Shown here piece by piece: positions 54,645 to 64,000 of a stretch of DNA of 64,000 bases (its first letter is position 1; each line of letters starts with the position of its first letter). A model generated the notes under the pieces. The model made no database searches. It was not told the DNA's origin and worked only from the letters and a program-made list of their open reading frames with translations. Source of the DNA: an uncultured Candidatus Rokubacteria bacterium (GTDB lineage Bacteria; Methylomirabilota; Methylomirabilia; Rokubacteriales; CSP1-6). The translations under genes were made by a program, and so were the position numbers. The stretch is from positions 425,743 through 489,742 of the forward strand of contig CAVWWD010000007.1 of assembly GCA_963758635.1 (NCBI GenBank), written 5' to 3'.

Positions 54645-55956
54645 ATGAGGACTCCGGCGCGCGCGGGCCTGGCGGTGATCGTCGCCGCGACGTGGGTGGC
54701 GGTGTCTCTCGCGGCGGCGTCTCCGGCGGCGGCCGGGGACGCCGCGGTCCGCGAGCCCGGCGCCGGCGCGGTCCTCGGCGAGCGACGGCGAGATCGCGCG
54801 CTGGACCGCGCACGTGGCGCGGCGGCCGCAGGACGCCGACGCGCTCGTGCGCCTCGGTGACGCCTACGGGCAGAAGGCGCGCGAGACCGCCGACCCGGGC
54901 TACTACGCGCGCGCCGAGGCCGCCTTCGAGCGCGCGCGGGCCTTGCGCCCCGAGCTGGCCGACGCGCTCGTGGGCCTGGCGTGGGTGGCGGGGGCGCGGC
55001 ACGAGTTCACGGAGAGCGCGGCGTGGGCCCGCCGCGCGCTCGCCATCGACGCCGCGCTTCCCGCCGCCCACGGCCTGCTCGGGGACGCCGCGCTCGAGCA
55101 GGGCGACTACACGGCGGCGGCCGAGCACTACCAGCGGATGCTCGACCTGCGTCCGGACCTGGCCTCGCTGGGCCGCGCGGGCCAGGTGCTGTTCGTGACC
55201 GGCAACGCGGCCAAGGCCATCGTGATGATGCAGAAGGCGGTGGCCGCGGGCGCGCCGTACGCGGAGAACACCGCGTGGGCCCGCGCCCAGCTCGCACTGA
55301 TGCTCTGGCACACCGGCGCGCTCCTGCCCGCGGAGGACGTCCTCACGCGGGCGCTCGCGGACAGCCCGGACAGCCCGCACCTCCACGCGGCCATGGGGCG
55401 CGTGGCCGCCTCGCGCGGCGACCTGGCCGCGGGCATCCGGCATCTCCGGCGCGCGGTGGCCCTGGCGCCGCACGTGGAGTCCGTCGCGCTCCTGGGGGAC
55501 CTGCTCGCCGCATCCGGCGAGGCGGAGGACGCGCAGCGGCAGTACGCGCTCGTCGAGGTGATCGCGCGCCTTCACCGCGCCGCCGGCGTACGCGGCGGGC
55601 TCGAGCTGGCCGCGTTCCACGCCGACCACGCGACGAACCTCGAGTGGGCGGTGAGCGAGGCGGAGGCGGTCTACCGGGAGCGGAAGACCGTGCAGGCCGC
55701 GGACACGCTCGCCTGGAGCTACTACCAGAGCGGGCGCTACGAGGACGCGCGGCGGGTCATCGCCGATGCGCTCCGCCACCGCACCCCGGACGCGCGGATC
55801 CTCTTCCACGCCGGCATGATCCACTGGCGGCTTTCCGATCGGCACCACGCCCAGCGCTACCTCTATCAGGCGCTGAGCCTCAACCCGCGCTTTCACCCGC
55901 GCGACGCGCGGCTCGCCGCGGCCACGCTGCGCGAGCTGGGGACGGCGGCGCAGTGA
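54645..55956 (+). CDS. Secreted tetratricopeptide repeat protein (frameshift near 54780)
   Basis: Signal peptide; QKARETADPGYYARAE, repeated TPR helices, DTLAWSYY, ALSLNPRF. Confidence 0.85.
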
Positions 55957-57731
55957 GCCCCGCGCGCGGGATCGCCGCCGTCCTCCTTGCCGTGGTGGCG
56001 CTGCTCGGCGCGGCCGCGCCCGGCCGCGAGCCACCCGCTCGGCAACTTCAGCATCAATCAGTACTCGGCGCTGCGCGTGGGCGCGAGCGCCGTGGACGTC
56101 CGCTACGTCGTGGACATGGCCGAGATCCCGACCTTCCAGGAGCTGCGCGAGCAGGGGATCCCGGCCGATCCGATGCACGCCGACGTCGCCCGCTACGTCG
56201 CCCGGCAGGCCGACGCGCTCGGCCGCGGCCTCCGTCTCGAGGTGGATGGCGTCCCGGTGACGCTCCGCGGCCGGTCGGCCCGGATCGCGTTCCCGCCCGG
56301 CGCCGCGGACCTCCCGACGCTCCGTCTCACGCTCGAGCTGTCCGCCGACCTCACCGGCGGCGGGGCGCCACGGAGGATCGCGTACCGGATGGAAAACTTC
56401 GCGGGCCGCGCGGGCTGGCGGGAGATCGTCGCCGCGGCCGCTTCCGGCGCCCGCGTCACCGAGAGCTCGGTGCCCGCGCAGGATCAGTCCGCCGAGCTGA
56501 CGGACTATCCGCGCGATCTCCTCGAGAGCCCGCCGCAGGTGGTGGCGGCCGTCCTCGTCGCGGCGCCGGTCGAGGCCAGGGTCGCGGCGGAGAGCGGGAG
56601 CGCCCGGAGTCGTGAGTCTCCCTGCTGTGCCGCCGGCGCTCCCGTCGCCCGCGCCGCGACCCGCCGCGGTCCGGCCCGAGGGACCTGCCGTGGTCCGGCC
56701 CGAGGCCGGCGCCACGTCCGTCGTGGAGGCCCGTCCGCGAGATGTGGATGGTCCGCGCGAAGCGCCCGTCGCCGCGCCGCCGCCGGCGGCGACCGCGCGG
56801 CCGGCGTCACGCCGCGGGCTGCCGGACGTGCTCTCTCTCCAGCCGGTGGGCGTGGCGGGCACGCTCCTCGCGCTGGCCGTCGCCGCGGCGCTCGGCGCCT
56901 TCCACGCGCTCGAGCCCGGGCACGGCAAGACCATGGTGGCCGCATACCTCGTGGGGAGCCGCGGCACCGCGGCGCACGCCGCGTGGCTCGGGCTGATCGT
57001 GACGGCGTCCCACACCCTCGGCGTCTACGCGCTGGGTGCGGTCGCGCTGTACGCATCGCGCTACGTGATGCCCGAGCGTCTCTACCCGTGGATGGGGCTC
57101 GCGTCGGGGCTGCTGATCGCCGGGCTGGGCTGCCGGCTCCTGCGGGACCGCCTGCGCGCGGGCACGGCCGGCCACGACCATGGCCACGAGGCGCACGCGC
57201 ACGAGCATCGCGCACACGACCACGGTGGCCATGCCCGCGGTCACGTGCACGACGACGCGCACCACCACGCCCACGCGGACCACGGCCATCCGGACCACGG
57301 CCACGACCACGCGCACGGGCACGACCACGCGCACGGCTCCGATCACGACCACGGCCACGACCACGCGCATCACCACGCCCACGGGCACGGGCACCACCAC
57401 GCCCACGGCCCGGTCACCGCCGGCCAGCTCTTCACGCTGGGCCTCGCGGGAGGGATCGTGCCGTGCCCGGGCGCGCTGGTCGTCCTGCTCGCGGCGATCG
57501 GCCTCAACCGGATCGGCTTCGGGCTGCTCCTCATCCTGGCGTTCAGCGCGGGCCTCGCCGCGGTGCTCATCGCGATCGGCATCGCGGTCGTCCACGCGGG
57601 GCGCCTGATGTCCGGCTGGAGCGGAAGCGGCCCGCTGGTCACGCGCTGGCTGCCAGTGACGTTCCTCCGTGGTGATCACCGTGGTGGGCCTCGGGCTGGC
57701 CGCCCAGGCCATCGGCGCCGTCGCCCCCTGA
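55953..57731 (+). CDS. His-rich nickel/cobalt transporter (NiCoT/RcnA-like) with periplasmic N-terminal domain (frameshifted)
   Basis: HPLGNFSINQY N-domain, Pro-rich linker, GAFHALEPGHGKT, long His/Asp/Gly loop, GGIVPCPGALVVLL. Confidence 0.85.
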
Positions 57732-57818
57732 CGGATGAGCCGCGCCCGGCGGCCACGGGATGGTGTCGGCTCGCACCGGCCGCTATACTGCGCGCACCCA
57801 CGACGAGGAGGACTTCCC

Positions 57819-58553
57819 ATGCCGACGCTCCAGCACGGCGCCGCCACCATCTACTACGAAGAGGCCGGTCAGGGCTTCCCCATCCTCACGTTCGCCCCCG
57901 CGGGACTCCAGTCCGTCATCGACGTGTGGAGCCGCCCGATGGCGCCCGTGAATCCGCTCCGCGAGTGGTCGGGGCGGTTCCGGGTGATCGCGATGGATCA
58001 GCGGAACGCCGGCGGGCAGTCGCGCGCGCCCATCACCGCCCAGGACGGCTGGCCCTCGTACGCCGCCGACCACATCGCGCTCCTCGACCACCTGCGCATC
58101 GACCGCTGTCACCTCTACGGCCAGTGCATCGGCGGGTCGTTCATCATGAGCCTGCTGAAGGCCCAGCCCCAGCGGTTCGCCAGCGCCGTGCTCGCCCAGC
58201 CCATCGGGCGCGTCGGCCCGATGGCGCCCGGCCGCTCCGCGCGGTTCGACGCGTGGGCGAAGACGCTGGCCGACCATCCGGAGGCGACACCCGAGGTGCT
58301 CGACGCCTTCCACCAGAACCTCTACGGTCCCGGCTTCGTCTACTCCGTCGACCGTGAGTTTGTGAAGGCCTGCCGCACGCCGTGCATGGTGCTGGCCGGC
58401 AACGACGAGGCGCACCCGTACCCGATCTCCGAGGAGCTGTCGAAGCTGCTTCCCGACTGCGAGTTCATCACGGAGTGGAAGACGGGGGCGGCGCTCGAGG
58501 CGGCGCGGCCCCGCATCGCGCAGTTCCTCGCCCGGCACACCCCGCGAGGCTAG
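57819..58553 (+). CDS. Alpha/beta hydrolase
   Basis: GAGGAGG RBS; IYYEEAGQG, VIAMDQRNAG, GQCIGG nucleophile elbow with Cys. Confidence 0.85.
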   Translation: MPTLQHGAATIYYEEAGQGFPILTFAPAGLQSVIDVWSRPMAPVNPLREWSGRFRVIAMDQRNAGGQSRAPITAQDGWPSYAADHIALLDHLRIDRCHLYGQCIGGSFIMSLLKAQPQRFASAVLAQPIGRVGPMAPGRSARFDAWAKTLADHPEATPEVLDAFHQNLYGPGFVYSVDREFVKACRTPCMVLAGNDEAHPYPISEELSKLLPDCEFITEWKTGAALEAARPRIAQFLARHTPRG

Positions 58554-58633
58554 CGACCCTCGCAGAATTCGGTTACCGCTCTACGGGCCTCTCCAGTCCC
58601 ACCGCTCGGCATGAGTCTGATGCGCGGGGCTCG
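58554..58633 (-). mobile_element. MITE-like palindromic repeat, copy 4
   Basis: Reverse complement of copies 1-3; flanked by CTAG on both sides (58550-58553 and 58634-58637). Confidence 0.78.
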
Positions 58634-58837
58634 CTAGTGCTCCGTCCGCGAAGTCATGTTAGACAACTCTGCCGGAGCGCCTTCTTGATGATGTCGGCGG
58701 GCTCTTTGGTCCAGACGAACGACGCAGGATGCGTGTTCCACTCGGCGAATCCCGGGCGTCCATGGAATATCCGGGGGATCTTCGGGGCGTCCTTGCAGAT
58801 CCTGCTCGAATATCTCCCGTGCGTGGGGGCCGGGCGA

Positions 58838-61800
58838 ATGACGTGCATCCGATGCGGGGCGAGCAGTTCGGAGGGCGTCGAGGCCTGTCGAGGCGTGTGG
58901 AGCCGTGATGCCCGCCTCGATTGGCCGGAGCACAGCCGGGATCCCCGAAGGTTTCCATTCTAGACGACCAGGCGGAAGGAAGTCTGGCCGGTCCCCGCGG
59001 GGGAGAGGAAGCTCCTCACCGTTCTCTTCTGTGACATCGTCGGCTCGACGAGCCTGGCGGAGCAAATTCGGTCCAGACGCGATGTACCGGCTGGTGGAGC
59101 GGTTTTTCGATCTCTCCGCCGGCGAGGTGCACCGGTATGAGGGGACGATCAGTCAATTCCTTGGGGACGGCTTTTTGGCGGTCTTTCGGGCGCCCGTTGC
59201 GTACGAGGATCATGCGCGGCGGGCAGTCCTGGGCGGCGCTGGGCGTGCGCCAGGTCGTGGGGGACGAGGGGGCGGGGTGGGGGTTGAAGGCGCCCCACCG
59301 CCTGTCGATCCGGATTGGGCTGAACACGGGATACGTGGTGATGGGGAAGATTGGCAAGGGCCGGGAGATGCACTACACGGCGCTGGGTGATGCGGCGAAT
59401 GTGGCGGCGCGGCTTCAGGCGATCGCGGAGCCGGGGAGCATCTATCTCAGTGAGAGTACGTACCGAGGGGTTCGGGAGCACGTGGACTGCGAAGAGGTGG
59501 GCATCCAGACCGTGAAGGGGAGGGCGCAATCGGTTCGAGTGTACAAAGCGGTGGCGGTGCGGCGAGATCCGGACAGGGTGCCGCGGCCAGCGGCGTCGCC
59601 GCTGGTGGGGCGTGACGCCGAGCTCGCGACGGCCGTGGTGTCGTTCACGCGTCTGCAGGCGGGGCACGGGGGGGTGTTGATGGTCCTGGGCGACGCGGGG
59701 CTGGGCAAGTCCCGGCTCGTGCACGAGGCCCGGCGGCACCTGTCTCCCGAGGCGACGGTGATTCTCGAGGGGCGAGGGTTGTCCTACGGGCAGGTCATCA
59801 GCTATCGGCCGATCGTTGAGATGATCAAGGGCTACGCGGGGATCCAGGATAGCGACGGGAACGCGGAGGCGTGGGCGAAGCTGGAACGGAAGGTGACGGG
59901 CCTCTGTGGCGAGCAGGCCGACGAGATGTTGCCGTACCTGGCTACGCTCGTGGCGCTGGAGATTCCCGAGCGGTTTCAGAACCGGACACGTTTCCTCGAC
60001 GCCGAGGCCATGGGCCGGCAGATCCTGCTCACGGCGCGACGGTTCTTCGAGCGGCTGGCCGAGGCCCGGCCCCTGCTCGTGGTGATCGAGGACGTGCACT
60101 GGCTCGACGAGTCGTCCCGGCAATTGTTAGAGCACTTGCTGCCGCTGGTCGAACAGGTACCGCTTCTGGTGTGTGGGACCGGGCGCCCGGACCCCCACAC
60201 GCCGTTGTCGCGGTTGCGGGAGCTCCTAGTGGAACGGTACCAGGCGCGCTACGCGGAAATCACACTACGGCCGTTGAACACGCCGCAGATGGGCGCGTTG
60301 GTGCGGCATCTGGTCAACGAGACGGTGTCGCCCCCGGGGCTGGTGGGGTCGATCGTGCGCAAGGCGGATGGGAACCCCTTCTTTCTGGAGGCGATCGTGG
60401 CGTCGCTCATAGATCTCCGGATCCTGCTGAAGGAGGAGAAGACGGGAGGCTGGCGGGTGCACGGGGACACGGCGCAGATCACGATCCCGGATACGGTGCA
60501 GGGGGTCATTCAGGCGCGGATCGGCCGGTTGCAGGAAGAGGTCAAAGAGCTTCTCCGGACGGCATCGGTGGTCGGGCGAAGCTTTCTGTATCGGGTCGTC
60601 CGCGAGATCGTGGATGGGCAAGGCGAGGAAGGTCGACCGCAGTCTCGAGGAGCTGATGCGGTTGGAGCTCGTGGACGAGGTGCGGCGCGCGCCGGAACTG
60701 GAGTACATGTTCAAGCATGCGCTCGTCCAAGAAGTGACGTACGAGAGCATTCTGGACACGGCGCGGAAGCGGCTGCATCGGCTGGTCGGCCAGTGCGTTG
60801 AGGAGCTGTTCGCCGAGCGGCTGGAGGAGTTCTATGGGTTGCTCGCGTATCACTTCACGCGGGCAGACGAATGGGAGAAGGCCCAGCTGTATCTGGTGAA
60901 GGCGGGGGATCAGGCGGGCAAGCTCGCCGGCAACGCGGAGGCGCTGGCGCACTACCAGCAGGCGTTCGACGCGTACGACCGGGCGTTTGGGGATCGCTGG
61001 GAGCCGGCCGCGCGGGCGGTGCTGGAGCGGCGGATGGCAGAGGTGGCCTTTCGGCGCGGCGAGCGCGAGCTGGCGATCGAGTATTTGCAGCGGGCGCTGG
61101 AGAGTCTGGGGCAGCGCCGGATGCGGAGACGCGGCGGGGGATTCTCGTGGCGACGTGTCGCAACGCCATGGTGCAGCTTCCGCACCGGGTGTGGTTGGGG
61201 TTGCGGGCTCGGCACGCGGCGCGAGAAGGGGATGTCACGTCACGGGAGTGTGGCCGGGATCTACGAAGTATTCGCCTGGATCGATTTCTTTCGAGACCAG
61301 CACCGAGTCTTCCTCGATGCACTGTTGATGCTGAACACGGCAGAGCGTGTTGGAATGTCTGTGGGGTGGACCCAGGGACTCTTCGGGGTCGGTGTGGCCT
61401 GCGACCTGGCGACATTGAGGCGCATTGCCGGTTACTGATCATCGGCGTTCGAGGCAGGTCGCGGAGGAGCTTCAGAACCCGTTGGCCTTAGCCTATGCGG
61501 ACCTGGGGATGGGGGGGCATCAGCATTGTTGTGGAGAATGGAGTGCAGCAATCGTGCTTTATCGGCGCGCGGCCCAGAGATTCAAGGACGCTGGGAACGT
61601 CCGTGGATGGGGATGGGCCGCGGTACAGTTGGAATGGATGTTATTCCTACAGGGGCGCTTTGCGGAAAGCCTCGAGTGGATCGGGGAGATCATCCGGACA
61701 GGTCGGGATGCGGCCGACAGTCAGGTGTTGGGGTGGGGACTGCAGGACTTGGGAATGATCACTGCTCTGGTCGAGGGCGCGTACGACCGAGGCAACGAAC

Positions 61801-62397
61801 ATCTCGAGCGGGCGATCGATCTCTTCGAGGCAATTCCGGATTATCAATCCGTCGTGTCTGCGCTGGGCTACTTGGGACAAAGTTACCTGCACGCGGGGGC
61901 GCTCGATCGGGCGCTCGGAGTGCTGGATCGGGCTAAAGGGGTAATCCGACAGCACCGGGTGCGCGGTCCGAATGCGACGCCGGCTCTCTACGCCATGGCG
62001 GCAGCGTCATTAGAGGTCGCGGAGCGGGCCGCACCCAGCGAACGGGTTCGGGTCTTGCGTGAAGCACGGCGGGCCTGTAGCGCGTTGCGCGGGGATGGAA
62101 GGATTGCGCCCTTCGGGTCGGTCACCGGGGCGCGGCTTCAGGGCACGTTGGAATGGCTGAACGCGCGGCCCGGGGCCGCGCGCAAATGGTGGCGGCGGAG
62201 TATCGCCTTGGCCGAGACGCTGACCGCGCGCTATGGAGCTCGGGCTGAGTCATTTGGAAAGGGGCCGGCGGCTGGAGGATGGTGAGGATCTCCGGCGCGC
62301 CGAGCAGATCCTTGGGCAGATCGGGGCCAAGCCGGATCACGAACGCGCCCGGCGACTGTTAGTCACCACCAGGGAGCAAACGCTCGTTCACTCGTAG
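58838..62397 (+). CDS. Zinc ribbon + adenylate/guanylate cyclase + AAA + TPR protein (many frameshifts)
   Basis: MTCIRCG, GERKLLTVLFCDIVGS, QFLGDGFLAVF, GDAGLGKSRL, IEDVHWLD, GNPFFLE, YMFKHALVQ. Confidence 0.85.
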
Positions 62398-62672
62398 ATC
62401 CAGGGGGCGGTCTCGATCGCCTGGAACTCCCCGCTCGCGAAGCACCCCCGGATGATCGCGCCGACCGTCGCCCGGTCGGGCATCTGGGCGAGGAGCGCGG
62501 CCCAGGTGGACGCCTCGGCCGTGCTCGGGGTGCGCAGGACCATCTGTCGGTAGAGGTTGACGACGACGTTGTCGAGCGGCGCCGCCGCGACGTGGACGGG
62601 CGAAAGGAGCGCGCCGAGCAGCACAAAGAGCCCGACCGCGCGACGGAGGCGTCGTCGGCCCAACGTCGACAC
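62388..62672 (-). CDS. Short secreted protein, DUF4214-like fragment
   Basis: Signal peptide then VVNLYRQMVLRTP...W...FASGEF; probably truncated. Confidence 0.45.
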   Translation of the reverse strand: MSTLGRRRLRRAVGLFVLLGALLSPVHVAAAPLDNVVVNLYRQMVLRTPSTAEASTWAALLAQMPDRATVGAIIRGCFASGEFQAIETAPWIYE

Positions 62673-62898
62673 GCCGCGCCCGTCATCATCCCCATTCGAG
62701 CCCCAATCTGTCCGGCCTCCGCTTCTCTGTCGAGCCGGCCGGTAGCGTCGACCATGCACCGGGAATCTTGTCAAAGGGCAGAGGCGTGGCACCGGCGCGA
62801 CAAAGTTGACATCGTGAGGCTCAGACCCCACAATCCCTCGCCACTCGAGCCGCTCACCGCTCGAGTCGCGTGCGCCTCTGGGCCGAGAGGAGATCCGG

Positions 62899-64000
62899 AT
62901 GCGTCGGACCGGACGGTACTTCTCGACGGGAGCCCTGCTGCTCGTAGTCCTTGTCGCGTGCGCTCCCAGCGCCCAGGCATCCGGCCTGACCGACGAGCCC
63001 TTCGGCCTGAAGCTCAATCTTGCGCTCGAACGAGGGTCTGCCTTCACCGACATCGTGGGTCTCGCCGCGTCGGCCGCCTACCCCTACGGGTCCTCGCTGA
63101 ATCCCGCCGGAGCGGATTTCTTGCGAGACGAAGCGAACATGTTCCGCTTCAGCGGGACGCTGACCGGCGTCCACGTCGCTCTCGGCGGGGGCAGCAGCCT
63201 GAGCGCCGGGGCAGTGGGCGGCACGGTGAGGTTCGAGCGGGCGGGCACCCTCGTCGGCGACTACACTTACTTCGATTCCCACGACCTGGCGAGTCACCAG
63301 GGGAGACGTCTACAAGCTCCAGGGGCATCGGGTCGCCCTCTGGTACAGCCAGCACGTGTCGTCGGCAGTCGTCCTCGGTGGTCGGCTCGACTTCGCGCAG
63401 TCCACCTTGAAGGTCCATTCGACGCGGGCGCTCGATCTGCTCGGCCTGGGCGAGTTCGAAGACTTCCCGGTGCGGACGAAAACCGACACGGTGGGTATCG
63501 AGTTCGCCGTGGGCATGCTCGCGTCCCTGACCCAGCACTGGCTGCTCGGCGTGGTCGGCGGGGCCGGGTGGGCGCGGAGCAGCACGTCCGGCACGCTCGA
63601 CCTTTCGGAGGATTTCGGCGGTCCTCAGCCCGTCTCCTTCCACGACAACACGCGCTCCCTCAACTTCCGGGGCGGCATCGGCTGGCGGCCGTCGGACGCC
63701 TTCGGCGCCTACGCCGAGGTGCAGTACCTCCGGTTCCTGAACGTCAGTCACTCCATGGGGAACAATGCCGTCAACATCGTCAGGGGGCGCCTGGGATTCG
63801 ATGGCTTCCCCGGCCGTTCGTCGCCCTGCGAGCGAGCGGGAACGTGGACAGCGACCGGCAGGTGAGCCCGGGAGTGGGCATCGGGTTCTACCCGATCAAG
63901 ACTGTCCAGGGCGAGCTTGCCTACGTGTACAACGCCTTCCCGGAAGTCCGGAAGGAGTTCGGGCGGGCTCATCTGATCACCGCGTCCGTTGCCTTCGTGT
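62899..64000 (+). CDS. Putative outer-membrane beta-barrel protein (frameshifted; ends just beyond the window)
   Basis: GAGGAG RBS, signal peptide ending AQA, SSLNPAG, alternating amphipathic strands, C-terminal HLITASVAFV. Confidence 0.6.
   Translation, partial: MRRTGRYFSTGALLLVVLVACAPSAQASGLTDEPFGLKLNLALERGSAFTDIVGLAASAAYPYGSSLNPAGADFLRDEANMFRFSGTLTGVHVALGGGSSLSAGAVGGTVRFERAGTLVGDYTYFDSHDLASHQGRRLQAPGASGRPLVQPARVVGSRPRWSARLRAVHLEGPFDAGARSARPGRVRRLPGADENRHGGYRVRRGHARVPDPALAARRGRRGRVGAEQHVRHARPFGGFRRSSARLLPRQHALPQLPGRHRLAAVGRLRRLRRGAVPPVPERQSLHGEQCRQHRQGAPGIRWLPRPFVALRASGNVDSDRQVSPGVGIGFYPIKTVQGELAYVYNAFPEVRKEFGRAHLITASVAFV

Noticed and set aside
57170..57410. Quasi-periodic CAC/GAC repeats
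   Set aside because: They encode the His-rich loop of the transporter; not CRISPR or a non-coding tandem repeat.
1875..62397. Frameshifts in many genes as pseudogenisation or programmed frameshifting
   Set aside because: They are scattered through otherwise intact, conserved genes with almost no in-frame stops, as expected of long-read indel errors. This also makes the pseudogene calls for COG2984 copies B and D uncertain.
147..63972. Numerous long Arg/Pro/Gly-rich ORFs in the six-frame track (e.g. 17006..19900, 54199..57015)
   Set aside because: Shadow and antisense frames of real genes in high-GC DNA; no motifs.

Overview
Very GC-rich bacterial DNA. Gene style (COG2984 substrate-binding arrays, zinc-ribbon/cyclase/AAA/TPR genes) suggests Candidatus Rokubacteria/Methylomirabilota; this is inference only. 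Single-base frameshifts occur in many otherwise intact genes and look like long-read indel errors. Left to right: a GH63-like glucosidase, an RND efflux operon, an atypical periplasmic nitrate reductase operon (napD-napA, tetraheme cytochromes, DsrO/DsrP-like quinol module, no napC/napGH), ion and ABC transporters, a class III aminotransferase, an LLM oxidoreductase and topoisomerase IB. Next is a non-canonical Sox-like operon (iorAB-type molybdoenzyme, cytochrome c, FccB, SoxX, SoxY with an AAC arm, SoxZ, SoxA; no SoxB/SoxCD). A variable island follows (~34.0-44.9 kb) with a recombinase remnant, a tandem array of orphan COG2984 binding-protein genes and a cyclase-AAA-TPR gene. The right end holds an acetolactate synthase-like gene, a protease / NDT(TIR)-like / methyltransferase cluster, a DUF4331-TPR-His-rich Ni/Co transporter operon, a hydrolase, a second cyclase-AAA-TPR gene and an outer-membrane protein. 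A ~77-80 bp palindromic MITE-like repeat occurs four times, once in frame inside a cytochrome gene. Three sigma54-type promoters precede stress-type genes.
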